Part shown: piece after piece, positions 1 through 12,684 of the stretch
How the letters are laid out: each line of letters starts with the position of its first letter
Position numbering within the stretch: position 1 is the first letter of the stretch
Source of the DNA: Octopus vulgaris
Taxonomy: Eukaryota
DNA: 64,000 nt
Assembly (NCBI GenBank): GCA_951406725.2
Contig: OX597823.1
Coordinates: forward strand, 62,372,001 to 62,436,000
Direction: 5' to 3'
Made by a program: the position numbers and the translations under genes
The notes under the pieces: generated by a model
The model's database searches: none
The model's input: only the letters and a program-made list of their open reading frames with translations
Told to the model about the DNA's origin: nothing

Positions 1-166
1 ATATATATATATATATATACATTTATATATATATATACATACATACATATACATAGAGAGAGAGAGAGAGATTTATGTTTTACTAGAGACAGGTATTTTT
101 GTTTGAGTAAATTTCTTTGAGTACCGTTAAGTGTTTGTCTCTGGTATTCACATTTTCCACATCTTA

Positions 167-278
<112 letters not shown>

Positions 279-648
279 GTTTCTTTATTAGCCACACAGG
301 GCTGCACACAGACGGGACAGATTACAAAGTAGAGCTTTTCTTTATGGGGAGAAAAGAAAAAAAAAGAAAAAAGAAAATAAATAAAAAGTGGGGTAGGTTT
401 TCGATCAAAAGAGATCGTAAAAGAGAAAGAAAAAAAGAAAAGAAAAGAAAAAGCGAAAGAAAAAAAAACGATCAATAGGACTCGTGTATCACAGAAATGT
501 CATGATGTAAAGTGTAAAGGGGAAGCAGATAGGGTTTATCCGTGGAAAGAAAAGCCTACGGAAAAGATCACGGTAACCTCGGTCAATAGTGTCACATGTT
601 AACACATTTGTTTGCAAGTAGGTAACCCTCTGTTTAAATTTTTTTCCG
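279..648 (-). mobile_element. 3' UTR remnant of a Tx1/L1-like LINE inserted in (AGAT)n
   Basis: Minus strand ends ...GTGTGGCTAATAAAGAAAC (AATAAA signal). The terminus resembles the LINE 3' ends at 40515 and 40883, which carry ORF2 C-termini. (AGAT)n lies on both sides. Confidence 0.6.
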
Positions 649-712
<64 letters not shown>

Positions 713-734
713 TTTTTATGTTTTATTTTTTCTG

Positions 735-912
735 TCTTTGCTGGAAGACCGCTTTGAAGGGTTTTTAGTCAAAGAAATCTACCCCAATACTTACCTTTTT
801 AACGCCTGGTGCTTATTTTATCGGCCCCTCCAATCCCAAACCTCTAAGTTACAGGGATGCAAACACACCAACACCGGTTGTCAAGTGGTGGTGGGCGACA
901 GACACAAACACA
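735..912 (-). mobile_element. SINE family A, partial 3' half
   Basis: Degenerate match to the full copies at 16397 and 43273 (ACCGGTTGTCAAGTGGTGGTGG...ACAAACACAG). Confidence 0.7.
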
Positions 913-1001
913 GTCAAACGCGCGTGCACACACATGCACACACAGATATGTGTATATGTAAATATGTGTGTGTAGTGTGTGTGTGTATGTGCGTGTGTGT
1001 A

Positions 1002-1850
1002 CAGAGTGCCGTGAATAAACTATCGTCTAAACTGCGCAAAAATGAAAATAACATTGACATCTCATTTTAATGGATATATTTACCAAAATTACATTAAAAT
1101 ATCTTGAAATTCTAAAGAGTAAATTTATTCAATAAAATCTCCATTGGCTTCAACCACGGCCTCCAGACGACTTCGGAATCTCCTGTATCTCTTCTGGACG
1201 GTCTCCTTGTTTAAGCTGGTGAATGTTGTCACAGTCCTTGCCTTCAGTTCATCTTTGGTGTTAAAAAGAGGTTTTCTTTTTTTGGTCTCCATGTCAACTG
1301 TGCCCCTCACGTAATAATCAAGGAGGTTGCAGTCTGGAGAGTTAGGTAGCCAAATGTTAGGGGTGATGTGATCACAGAAATTGTGTGACAGCCATGACTG
1401 GATCCTCCTGCTTGCGTGGCATGGTGCAGAGTCCTGTTGCCAGACATAGAATCTTCCAGCAGCCACTCTCTTGACCCCAGAGTAACACTACCTCACCCAG
1501 GCACCTGATGTAGGCCTCCGTGTTGAGTCTGAGGCCATGTGGGAAGATGAGCGGAAGCATAACGTTGCCATCAGTAGTGATCACTCTAAAAACCATGATG
1601 TTGACTGGATGTTTGATTTTTATCATTCTCGATACATGTCCTCGGATTGCGCAATCCTCACATTGACATACAAACACTCTGAAATGTTCGTATTGGAGCT
1701 TCCGTCGCGAATGTCAAGCAACACAGCATGACGATTCCAAATTTCTGGCAGCGTAAATTGCGTCATGGTGCTGTTTTTCTCAAAGATGGTGCCCTATTAT
1801 ACTGTGTAGTCAGTCAACAAAAGATATATGACGAGGGATTACTGCATGTA
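1002..1850 (-). mobile_element. maT-family (DD37D) Tc1/mariner transposon, internally deleted
   Basis: TA|CAGAGTG terminus at 1002. QQDSAPCH...SPDCNLLD has 37 residues between the second and third D. The N-terminus MTQFTLPEIWNRHAV (ATG 1766) is joined directly to KHPVNIMVF. The far end is approximate. Confidence 0.85.
1125..1766 (-). pseudogene. DD37D transposase pseudogene
   Basis: ORFs 1125-1466 and 1372-1677 are frameshifted pieces. Most of the HTH region and the first catalytic D are missing. Confidence 0.85.
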
Positions 1851-1851
1851 T

Positions 1852-1882
<31 letters not shown>

Positions 1883-2278
1883 CGCATATATGCATCCATG
1901 TATGTGTGTATTAGTCTTTGTAATTGCGTTTGTCCCCCCCCCCCACTGTTTGATAACCGGTTGGTATTGGTTTGTTTACACTCCTGTAACTTAGTAGTTC
2001 TTTATGTACTCCATCATTTCTGATCACCAGTAGTTTGACTAGCACATATTTCATCATTCTCGTAAGATACGAAATGTAAAGTAAATCTAGACAAAACGGG
2101 TTATAATTCAGTCGGGTATTAATCCAGGCAGGTATTTATTCCTGTTCGGAATATAAAAAGTAAAATGTTCAATCTGTCAAAGTAAACACGGACAGGTGAC
2201 GTCTCCTTTTCTATGTAACCTCAGTACTTCTAGAATAGAAGTCAGAACACCAAAGTTCTAGTGACTTGAGGATATTTA

Positions 2279-2338
<60 letters not shown>

Positions 2339-2477
2339 TTTCTCTTTCCTTTCTCTGTCACACACACACACACACACATATCCACACACAAACATACGCA
2401 AACACACACAGATAATAGATTAATGTTCACTGAGATACAAAAATGATTATCATCATGCGATACATTTGCTTCTGTTA

Positions 2478-2549
2478 ATATTGATTTCAAATTTTGGCAA
2501 AAGGCCAGCCATTTCAGGGTGAGGGGTGGGGGAGTCGATTACATCGATT
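2478..2549 (-). mobile_element. SINE family B, 3' tail fragment
   Basis: ATTGATTTCAAATTTTGGC...GAGTCGATTACATCGA matches the tail of the copy at 47651. Confidence 0.75.
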
Positions 2550-2888
2550 TCAGAGTCCAGAAGCTGGTTACCCGCATGGTTCTTGGCCTCAAGCATTTGT
2601 CTTATGAAGAAAGGCTGAAGACGCTCGACCTTTATTCTCTAGAAAAACGACGACGCCGTGGTGATCTCATTCTCGCTCACAACATCATAAGCGGAAAGTG
2701 TAACCTCTCGAAAGAGCTGTTCTTCACTCCTGCCCCAGAGCGTCGGCTGCGGGGCCACTCCGAAAAGCTCTATCTGCGACGATTTCATCTCAATCGAAGG
2801 AGAGGGGCCTTCTCCGTCCGGGTTGCAGATCCGTGGAATAAGCTGCCGGATGAGATAGTGAAGATGCCGACGACCGCTCGGTTCAAAG
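2550..2888 (+). mobile_element. CR1-clade LINE ORF2 C-terminal fragment
   Basis: RVQKLVTRMV..LSYEERLKTLDLYSLEKRRRRGDLI...RGHS..FSVRVADPWNKLP..FK is the typical CR1 C-terminus. Confidence 0.9.
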
Positions 2889-2892
2889 TAAT

Positions 2893-3110
2893 AAACGGGG
2901 ACGTAAACAACCCAACGCCAGTTGTCAAACGGTAGTAGGACACACACACACTTTATAGGACGAGCTTCCACACAGTTTCCATTCACCAAATTCCCTCACA
3001 AAGCATTGATGAGGGAATTTGGTAGACACCCTCCCAGATGTCATGCAGTGGGACTAGACCAGAAATTGCGTGGTTGCAAATGACCTTTGTAACCTTACAA
3101 CTACGCTTGC
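2893..3110 (-). mobile_element. SINE family A, partial
   Basis: CGGGGACGTAAAC...GTTGTCAA...GCAGTGGGACT matches other family A copies. Confidence 0.7.
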
Positions 3111-3149
3111 GCCTATTTTGGAAAGTTTCTTTTCACTCTTTCTTAATGT

Positions 3150-3410
3150 TAAATCATTTTTATGCTCGGAACGTGTTTATTTCGATTCATTCAACTTTGA
3201 TTTACATAGAGCTGAAGTGTCTGGTTTCAGCTGCAGCCTGTGTTTTGTGAAAGTGTGAGGACGTCGATTAGGAATATGATTTTAAAAGAGTAGGTGATAT
3301 GATGTATCCTTGTAGTACACCACCTGACAAATTTCAGATACTGGAAGTGTTGTTCTTATACACTACGTAGGTTTACTGATCAAACATATAGTTAGCTACC
3401 CAACATTTCG
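3150..3410 (-). mobile_element. Degenerate LINE reverse-transcriptase fragment
   Basis: Minus frame WVANYMFDQ*TYVVY...GGVLQGYIISPTLFKI resembles the RT motif GVPQGSVLSPTLF. Confidence 0.6.
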
Positions 3411-4799
3411 CATTGATCTGTTCTTTGTTAACATTGATCTCTCATGATTTTTTATTTTATATTTCAACTTCAGAGTCTCCAAAAGGTTTTAAACAACAAA
3501 TTCAGATGGACTGATATTCTCATTAATGTCTGCTAACGTTGTTGTATTGCTTTGAGCAATTTAGGTAATTTAGCCGACTGATGACCAAAAGACATTTCTA
3601 GTTATGACCTTAAATTACGTATCTAGGACAATATTATCAAAATGAACTCCTCTTTTTTAAAAACAGCTGTTTGAAATTTTGAGGGAGACTTAGTTTTTGT
3701 TGTTGTTGTTGTTGTTTTTAGCAGATCGATCAGCCACATAGCTGGCTAGTTCCAATATTATTTCTCTACATGAGGTACCAACGAAGATGCAAATTAATTA
3801 TAAAATAGAAGATTGATGAGAGTAGCGTGCCAAACTTCATTATAAATTTAAATGCAAGAGCGGTGGTATTGCCAGAAGCAGACGCTATAATAGTTACTTG
3901 GAGATTGAAGTTGCATTACTGCAACAAACAAGCTTCTAGAATTCTGAAAACGGTCAAGCTGATTAGACAGGAAAAAAATAGATTGTAACGAAGTTTGTTG
4001 GGGTTTTTTTCAATGGGTGTTAAGAAAGTTTAAACCTGTCATTGATGTGCAGTCTGTCACAGTAAAACAGATTGATGACATCTACTTTTTCTATATTGTC
4101 TCAGTTCATCTAGAATAAGAGTCAGAGCACCTGCAAATATTTTCACTACTGACCGGTGGAAATTTACAACTAATAGGCAAGTAAACGACGAAACGTCTCG
4201 AATTTCAAGAATTAGTAGCTCAATTTTCTTCAAATCGTGCCTGCTAAACCTGAGAAATACCGCACCAACTTCCCCAAATCAAATTCTGTCTCACGAGAAA
4301 AATAAAAAGATACATTGAATAATGGTGCTCTGTAAACATTATACCGAAAAATAAATATAGCATGGTCATGGTTGGAACTTCTTCCAATGAACTTTGATCA
4401 TTACACTACTTTGCCGGAAGCTTATCTGGAGATAAATATCAACCAAAGACAACATAAAAGGGGAAGAACCACGCCCGGAGTAGAAAGTATATTCAAGAAC
4501 AAAGCAAAAAAACCTTTGAACCACAATTAAAAGAGACACTAGCGTTCTTCCGAGAACGCGTATTATTGAGTTGATAGAGTACCAGGCAGACAATTGAGAA
4601 GTTGGCAGTTCACATTTTGTTATCGTCATGATACCACTCAATAGTCAAGTTCATCTAACTCTGAGTAAATGGCGTTGATGAGATGTGAAATACGGAGGGA
4701 GTAATTGGCATTTATATGTGTACTAGAAGCACCCGTGACCTGTTGGGTCACGGCCTCTCCAAAGTGAAAATGTCGATGCGCGGCAACAAAGGAAAAGAT

Positions 4800-5035
4800 A
4801 CTATTTAGAACTTCATGCAATAAAATTCTTATTTAATACAGTTCTCCTGCCATTGATGGGATATCATAAACACGACCAAAATGTTTCTTCTTTGAAAACA
4901 TTCAAATGGCCTTCAGCTATTTTCCTCACTTTCTTCTTTGTTATTCTTTGATACTACTGTACCAAGGGAAATACATGGGTACTTCATCATAAGGTAATGT
5001 TTTTGCAAAGTAATCACTGATGCACAATGAAAAGT
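4800..5035 (-). mobile_element. Helitron RepHel coding fragment
   Basis: FSLCISDYFAKTLPYDEVPMYFPW..KE*QRRK*G...FGRVYDIPSMAGELY*IRILLHEV (with frameshifts) matches the conserved Helitron block FFxLCxxDxFAxTLLYxEVPxYYTW...GRVYxVxPxxxExYxLRLLL. Confidence 0.8.
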
Positions 5036-6900
5036 CTGCTTTCTGAGACTTGTACAACTTTTCTAATTGCACTTTGTTCTTAACGTTTGGGTCAAGAAGC
5101 TTTTCATGACTGGACCTCTTTGTTGCTAAAAGCTCATTTATCACTGTATCATTGGAATCAAACCAGTCTCGGTGTTGTCTCCTCTTAAAGCCTAATACCT
5201 CTGATCCCATTTTATATATTCCATCACGGAAAGATTGCCATGAACCATCAAAATGAACATTGCTGCATCTCTTCTGAAACAACTGCAAAACTTGTGGTTG
5301 TTTTAGCTGCTCTACCTCAATTTTCTTTGGTACTCGTACGCCTGCACTACGAATCTTCTTTCGGACCCTGAACTTAAACTTGGCCCTCGCCATTTTGTGA
5401 TCAGTATCACAATCAGCACCTCGCAATACTCTGAGACTGCACAAATCCTCTAAGTCAGCTTTTCGAGTTAATACAAAGTCAATCATGTGACCTTGCTTTT
5501 ATCTTGGGTGAATCCAGGTAACTTTGTTTCATCTTATAATGAAAGACAATATTCCCAACAATCAACCCTAGAGCACATTTGTAGTAGATGCAACCCATTG
5601 TTGTTCACCTTTCCTATTCCATAATACCCAAGTACATTCCAAGCACCACAGTCTCTAACAACACGTACAACCAGGCACAACCAAGTTCTCATTCAAAGAG
5701 ACTGACAGAATACTTCTAAGCTCCTAATAAAGTGCATAGATACTTTCCTCACTAGCTGAAAGTGTAGGAGCAGAGAGAAAACAGTTACAAAACGTCCACA
5801 AGAAAGAGGGATCCGGAATTTCATTATTCGTGTATTTATGCTTTGTGGTTGTTCTAGGTCTTTTAGCAAACCACTTCTAATTGCAAACGCAACACATCCT
5901 TCTCTTTTCTCTCCCTTCGGCTTCCCAACCCAGAATAATGTGAAACTTGCCGCTCTTTCGACAAGATGATCTTCATCTTAACATTTTGTATCAGAAAGAC
6001 TTGCAATATCAACATTTAGACGCTTTAGCTCCTTAGTCACTAGAGCTGTTCTTCTTTCAGGCCAATCTGCTCGATCTAAAAGATTTCTCACATTCCAACA
6101 GGCCAGGTTAAGAGAAACCTTACTTTTTGCATATTTGTTATCATTGTTTATATCAATTCTTTGATCATTCCTGCTAAATTGATCCACCGTTAGCCGCAGT
6201 AAACTAACCAGCGGAGAGAGGACAAACAATTTTTAGTACACCTTTTCTAGCGCCTTCTCAGTATATCCAGTTGAGCAGTGTTGTCTTTAAAAGGGCTGCT
6301 CACACACAGGATTCTCTACTGAAAACAGTTCCTATCCATGAAAACATGTTAGCGATGCTAAGATAGGGACCCTGCCGCTTTCTGTGCAGATTTGTAACTG
6401 TATGCTTCCAACCGGTCAAGTCTGCATACGTCACACGCCTCTATCGCCATAGGACTTTTGAAAAGTGATGATCGTACGATTATGGTGTTTTGACCTGGAC
6501 ATCTGCACTTCATTGGATTTCAGTGACAAACACTTGTACAACACCTTTGCCACTCTCTGGGTCAAAAAGTAGATTCCAGAGACAAGCAAAGCAAGATGAC
6601 TAGTACTAAGTTGACTGCAAGTTTTATATGGAAGTACTTTCTCCTATGCTTTTTCTCAAAAGGATACTGCAAGCCAGCAGTGGTAAGTCAATTTGAAATC
6701 AGAGCTTTATTCTCCAATACTGGTTTATACTCCTATCACGGCTTCGTTTCAAAACAGGAGCCCAGTCTGCCCCCATCAACAGTCATGGCTTTGGCAGTGC
6801 AGCCAGGTAAGGGACTGTCATTACTATAGCCTGGTTTTATGTCAGTGTTCCTCTCTTAGAAGAGTTGCTTTTACCATGGCTAACGAGCCTCATCTGCCCC
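5036..6900 (-). mobile_element. RTE-clade LINE, 5' part (5' UTR + APE endonuclease), 3'-truncated
   Basis: LACWNVRNLLDRADWPERRTALVTKELKRLNVDIASLS...TWIHPR..HMIDFVL...GADCDTDH...DWFDSND, with stops and frameshifts. The 5' limit is approximate. Confidence 0.9.
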
Positions 6901-6937
6901 CCCCCCCCTCCAAAAAATACATAGATACAAAATGGTA

Positions 6938-7266
6938 AAGACCACCTTCGGTCGTGAATAACCATGGGATTACACCTAGAAAGTTACCCTCCTAAGTACA
7001 AGTCCGGGCAAGGTTGTTTACGGAAGACCAGTAGTCACCCATGCATACCTTCCTCCCCTCATCATGCCACCAATGTTATCCAGGGAATAGGCAACAGCCG
7101 GTACAACTTGGCACCAATGACATCGCAACACATTTCTACAGCTGAGTAAACTGGCGCAACGTGAAATAAAGTGTCTTTCTCAAGAACACAAGACACAGCC
7201 CAGTCCAAGAATCGAACTCACTACCTTATGAATGTGATCCCGACGCTCTAACCACTGAGCCATGCA

Positions 7267-7268
<2 letters not shown>
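6938..7268 (-). mobile_element. SINE family C (tRNA head, CORE-like centre)
   Basis: A box TGGCTCAGTGG and B box GTTCGATTC on the minus strand; same head and tail as 62311-62631. Confidence 0.85.
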
Positions 7269-7322
<54 letters not shown>

Positions 7323-7789
7323 TACATACATAATACATACATACATACATACATACATACATACATACATACATACATACATGTATTTGGGTATGTGCGC
7401 AAACCCATGCCTTGCTGTACCGAGTTCAATTCCTCCCACAGCTAAAATATCCAATGAAATATTTCATTCTCCTGTTTAACGATAACTTATATAATTAGCA
7501 CCACTTCCATGGGCTTCTTTGGATATAGCCTCCTATTGCTGAAGCTGTAATTATTACCGAAGATTTGCTTGAAAGTCTAATGTTTATGTTATGAAATCAA
7601 GCAAAAGACCCTGGTCAATAACAAATAGTCTGAAGAGTAAAAACTAAGAAATTATACTGTACAAAAAAATATGGAGCTAATGGAAAGATAAGTTGCTTTC
7701 TTATACTCTCGAATACTTATCTATAGTAGACAACTTCAACTACAAGATGACATATAAGTTTATATCCAGCTCAGCTATAAGATAGTGGC

Positions 7790-8030
7790 TTCTGAACAGG
7801 AATTTAGATCACAGCTTTAAAGAACTCCCCGGTCATATTCCGACCACCTCCTTGCCCCTGCAGCAGCAATTTATTTTAGTCTTTCCTTCCCAGAACTTCA
7901 CCCCTATGGAATCCCCTCCCTTTTTGCATTTAACTTGAAGCCAACAAGCAGATGTTAAAATACATTAACTGCGTCGACACCTACCATTATGGTAAGCCTT
8001 GAGAAGGCCATAAATTTAACTCTTCCCTCC
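7790..8030 (+). mobile_element. Degenerate CR1/Jockey-like LINE 3' end
   Basis: SFLPRTSPLWNPLP resembles the CR1-group C-terminal motif SFxPRTxxLWNxLP. Confidence 0.4.
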
Positions 8031-8045
8031 GTATCAGCTCATTAA

Positions 8046-8250
8046 CCCTTTAGAGTTTAAACCGGCCATATCTGGTCCAAATATTCTACCTGTTTTATGT
8101 TCATATTGGCCAGATCCAGGCTCTCATACCTACCCTAAAATATCATTCTAAAATTTATCTCATCATTGAAATCTCATAATGCATGGTTAATTCAAAATAA
8201 CGTGAATAGATAAACATTACATTTAACAGAGTAATCTGAATGCTAAAGGG
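8046..8250. mobile_element. piggyBac-type MITE
   Basis: TTAA|CCCTTTAG...CTAAAGGG|TTAA; second copy at 27605-27812. Confidence 0.85.
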
Positions 8251-9269
8251 TTAAAAAAAAAGAAGGGCAATGTCTCGTTACCATTCTGTGTCTATTTTTC
8301 ATATGACGTAAGTTAAAATGTTCCATTATACTTTTCATTCCGATTAATATTACACATCAAAAAAAATATTATCAGATACACCCATTCCAATTACTTTTGA
8401 ACGATGCTGTATCCTGCTGAAAGCACGTAACACCATTTATACTAAAAGTAATAAAATGTTGTATGGTTATACAAGAGTGTTTTGTCCTTTTCAAAACCAT
8501 TAAATGGCATTTTAATATAGAGTCTTTATTTCCAGATACAACACACTAGTTATTTTGTCGACGTTTAAGGGATACGCAGTAATTCTTGTAAAAATAAGAG
8601 TAAAACATTGCTTAAGACGCCTACATGTGTAGACATTTGATTTAAAACGATAATAAATTTTTTTCCTTTTTTTCCCTGATAATTTACTACTTGCTATAAA
8701 TCAAACTTTGGTTTCACTGAATAAGGTGCTAAAATGTTAGAAAAAGTCAAATGCACTTGTCAAACATGTTTACAATAAAAATAAACTAAAAATGTTCACA
8801 TTTTTGTTATATAAATAATAGGAAGTGAGATTGTAGAAGCAAAGCGCCATACTAAATGCTTTGCCGTATTAATTCGATCCTTTTAACGTCCTACGTTCAA
8901 AACCCCAGTAGTACAGTACAATAGTTCTTTGTAAGTCTAAGTCAAAAGAAATCGCTGTTTTACTATAAAACCATAGCGTGCATTGTGGAATAGTAGTGAA
9001 CTAAGCTCTAGGTGAGATGAAACTACAATCTAGACTTCATTTCATTTACGCTGCTACCACTCATCCAAAAATATCACATAATTTCGTTTATTCTTCAGAT
9101 ACAAATTTGGAAAATCATGTCAATGAGATAATTCAACTTATTAATATAAATTGATATGATGGACTAAATCGAGTGCCAGACAAAATGCAAGCCAAGCACT
9201 GGGGTTGATATAATTGACTGTTCCAACGCAAATATCAGAAATTATTGTCTTAATATAAATTAGCAAGAA

Positions 9270-10041
9270 GTAGATGAAGTAGCAAAATCGTTAGCAGCTG
9301 GGCGAAATTTCGGCTGTCTTTACGTTCTGAGTTCAAATTCCGCCCAGGTCACTTTTGCCTTTCACTCTTTCGAGGTCGATAAAATAAGTACCAGTTGAGC
9401 GCTGGGATCGATGTAATCGACTGAGCTCCTCTCCTCGAAATCGCTGGTCTCGTACCAAAATTTGATTTTGATATCGATATAAATGAGCAAGAGGAAACGC
9501 CGCGACGAGGTTTCGATTTCCAGCACAAATCACTTCACTTTATTTACACTGTAAATAGTCATGAACATCAAAAATGCCGACGCACCATATGATACATAAG
9601 TACGGTTTCAAATTTTGATACACGGTTAGTAATTTTAGTGGATGGTAGTGAATCGATTATATTGACCCTAGTGCTTAACCGGCAGAAGCTGAACTCAGAA
9701 TGCGAAGCCAGAAGAAATACCGCTAAGCATTTTGTCCTTTGACCGCCGAGCTAACGATTGTGCCTGTTTGCTGCCTTGAAATGATAGCTAATAATAATCT
9801 CTTCTGACATTACAAAAATATATTTAAGGTGGCGAGTTGGCAGAGTCATTAGCCGTCGGGCAAAATGCTTAGTGGCATCTCGCCCGTCTCTACGCTATGA
9901 GTTTTAACTCCATTCAGGTTGACTTTGCCTTTCATCCTGTCGAAGTCAATAAAATAAGTACCAGTTGAGCACTGAGATCAATTGAATCGCCTTACTCCTT
10001 ACCCGATAAATGTTGGCCTCGTGCCAAAATTTGAAATCAAT
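9270..10041. mobile_element. Cluster of three SINE family B copies (9270-9472 +, 9603-9777 -, 9826-10041 +)
   Basis: GAGTTCAAATTCCGCC...GACTTTGCCTTTCATCC...GATAAAATAAGTACCAG core. The last copy has a 15-bp TSD, ATTACAAAAATATAT. Confidence 0.85.
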
Positions 10042-10299
10042 ATTACAAAAATATATAGCGGCGATTTGGTTACTACTTCTAGTAGATCAAGAGGCCTTGT
10101 AAGAAGTTATGTCCTTATTTTATTAGAATGAGTGGTTTGAATGTTTCTAATAGAGTTTCAGTATCAGGGAGCTGGAAGTAAAGAGTGAAAGAAAAGTAGA
10201 AAGTTTCTCTGTGTATGTACTGCATGAGGAGCCATCTTGGTCGAGAAACGGAGGAATCAGCAGAATCGGAGCGCTACTTGCTGAACCAGTTTGGTTGAA

Positions 10300-10752
10300 G
10301 TGTGATTTTTATCGTTTATTGTTTACTTGTTTCATTGATTAAACCGAAGCCATGCTGGGGCACCGCCTTGGAGAACTTTAGTCGAACGAATCGACCACAG
10401 GACTTTTTAAAGCCTAGTACTTATTCCATCCGTCTCTTTTGCTGAACCGCTAATTTACGGGGACGTAAACACACCAAGACCAGTTGTCAAGTGGTGTTGA
10501 GGAACAAACACAGACATAATAAGACACACGCACATAAATATCATACACATATAGAATATATATTGATATTTATATATATGTATATATGCGATAATATTCT
10601 TTCAGTTTTTGTCTACCAAATCCACTCACAAAGGCTTTGGTTGGCTTAGGGCTATAGTAGAAGACACTTGTGCAAGGTACCAAGCAGTGAGACTGAAACC
10701 GGAACCATGTGGTGGGAAAGCTAACTTCTTACCACACAGCCACGCCTGTGCC
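10300..10752 (-). mobile_element. SINE family A, full length
   Basis: Head GGCACAGGCGTGGCTGTGTGGTAAG on the minus strand, internal microsatellite, tail GAAACAAGTAAA. Confidence 0.9.
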
Positions 10753-11404
10753 TTATGATACTTACGAAATTTTAACCGGGGCCATTAGACTGTTGGGAAT
10801 TAACAGTATTTACCATTAAAACAGATTCTTGAAAACGAGATACGAGCAAAAGAACTAAAGACTGCAAAGTGGGACCTTTCTTGATGCAACTTCCATAGAT
10901 GATTAAAAGGACAACAGCAACAATATCGTTCCTTTGTGTCTTCAAAACTCAACTTGCAAACTGGCGAGATTAATTGACAATTAAAAGTCTCCTACATAGC
11001 ATTTACATAGTATAATTTATTATATCTGTTTGCCTTTCTTTGTTCGCCATAACTATCTGTTTGCCTTTCTTTGTTCGCCATAAACAATGACGCTTTGAAT
11101 ATAGTGTACAAAGTTAATCTTACAACCAACTAAATAAGCAGCATTTAGACGGGCAAATATTGAAGTTGTTTACCTTAACAACCAACGGATTAAAACAGAC
11201 ACTGACATTGATTCTTCAAACATTTAATAACGCAAATAAGATATTAGAGCTTAAAACTCAGATACGTTTCAATTAAATGTGCGTAGTTTTGGTTTTAGAT
11301 TTGAAAACTCTCACCAAAAGATAAAAGAGCCAATCTCAGGCATAAACCTCTTTCGTTGGAATATAGGCAAATCAACAAGAGATTCATATAGTAAATAAGT
11401 AAGA

Positions 11405-11994
11405 ATGTATGTATGTATGTATGTATGTATGTATGTATGTATGTATGTATGTATGTATGTATGTATGTATGCTTGAATGTATGTATGTATGAATGTATGT
11501 ATATATGTATTATGTACAGGATGTATGTATGTATGTACAGGATGTATGTATGTGTATGTGTATATATATACAGAGTGTATGTATGTACAGGATGTATGTA
11601 TGTATGTATGTATGTATGAATCTATGCATGTATGTATGTACAGGATGTATGTATGTATGAATGTATGTATATATGTATTATGTACAGGATGTATGTATGT
11701 GTGTGTATGTATGTATGTATGTATGTATTATGTACAGGATGTATATATGAATTATGTACAGGATGTATGTATGTATGTATGTATGTATGTATGTATGTAT
11801 GTATGTATGTATGTATGTATGCATGTATGTATGTACAGTATTTATGTATGTATGTATGTATGTATGGATGGATGGATGGATGGAAGGATGGATGGATGGA
11901 CAAAATGTATGTATGTAACGAATGTATGTATGTATGTTTGTATGTATGTATGTATATATGTACAGAATGTATATATGGATGGATGTACAAAATG

Positions 11995-12028
<34 letters not shown>

Positions 12029-12090
12029 TGTATGTATGTATGTATGTATGTATGTATGTATGTATAAATGAATGTACGTACAGTATGTAA
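11405..12090. repeat. (ATGT)n compound microsatellite with recurring TGTACAGGA variant
   Basis: Direct reading. Confidence 0.95.
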
Positions 12091-12099
12091 GTACGTAAT

Positions 12100-12385
12100 G
12101 AGGGCGCATAGCCTGGTAGTTAGAGTATTGCACTCACGATCGCGAGATTGTGGCTTCTGTTCGTAGATCGGCTGGTGAGTTAGGTTCTTGAGCAAAACGC
12201 TACATCTCTCATTGCTCTGCGATCACTCCGACATCCGACGTATGGTACACGCGCACTTGTTTAATCGACGTCGATTTGATGGAAGAAGTACGGCACATAC
12301 ATTCGATCACTATAAACAAATCATTAGTGCAGGTCATTCAATAAAAAGTGAACACTTCGATGGGAGACTCCAGCATGCATGCGTT
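12100..12385 (+). mobile_element. SINE family C variant (alternative tail)
   Basis: GGCGCATAGCCTGGTAGTTAGAG tRNA-like head and TTCTTGAGCAAAACGC centre; the tail also occurs at about 36985-37100. Confidence 0.75.
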
Positions 12386-12510
12386 ATCTGTATTAATAAA
12401 AGTGAAATTCTGTCTGTCCGTCTGGGACTCCTGTATCTCAGCCTATATTTGCTCTACATAGACATATTATACCTTTTCGGAATCAGGGTGATTCCGGGAT
12501 TGAAAAGCTG
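12386..12510 (+). mobile_element. Possible 5' end of a non-autonomous Helitron
   Basis: A|TCTGTATTAATAAAAGTGAAATTCTGTCTGTCCG resembles the Helitron start at 48426; no 3' end seen. Confidence 0.35.
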
Positions 12511-12684
12511 CCCTTCTTTTGGTTCTTGAACATACAGCATTAGGATCTGATTTAACAGCATTTGGGTTGCTATTTCTAGCAGGTAAAGCGACCGCGAGAG
12601 ATTTCAGAGCCATAGTATTACTGAGATAGGTGAACAAGAATTACCTCCCTTAGCTTAAAGTTTTACTAAGGAATTTAGTAGTTG

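Noticed and set aside
3474-3564. Plus-strand exon with AG/GT boundaries
   Set aside because: The frames checked contain stops and there is no supporting neighbouring exon.
11413-12195. MYVC/HTYI ORFs (also near 24278-25155, 38230-38736 and 49931-50606)
   Set aside because: Translations of (ATGT)n/(CATA)n microsatellites.
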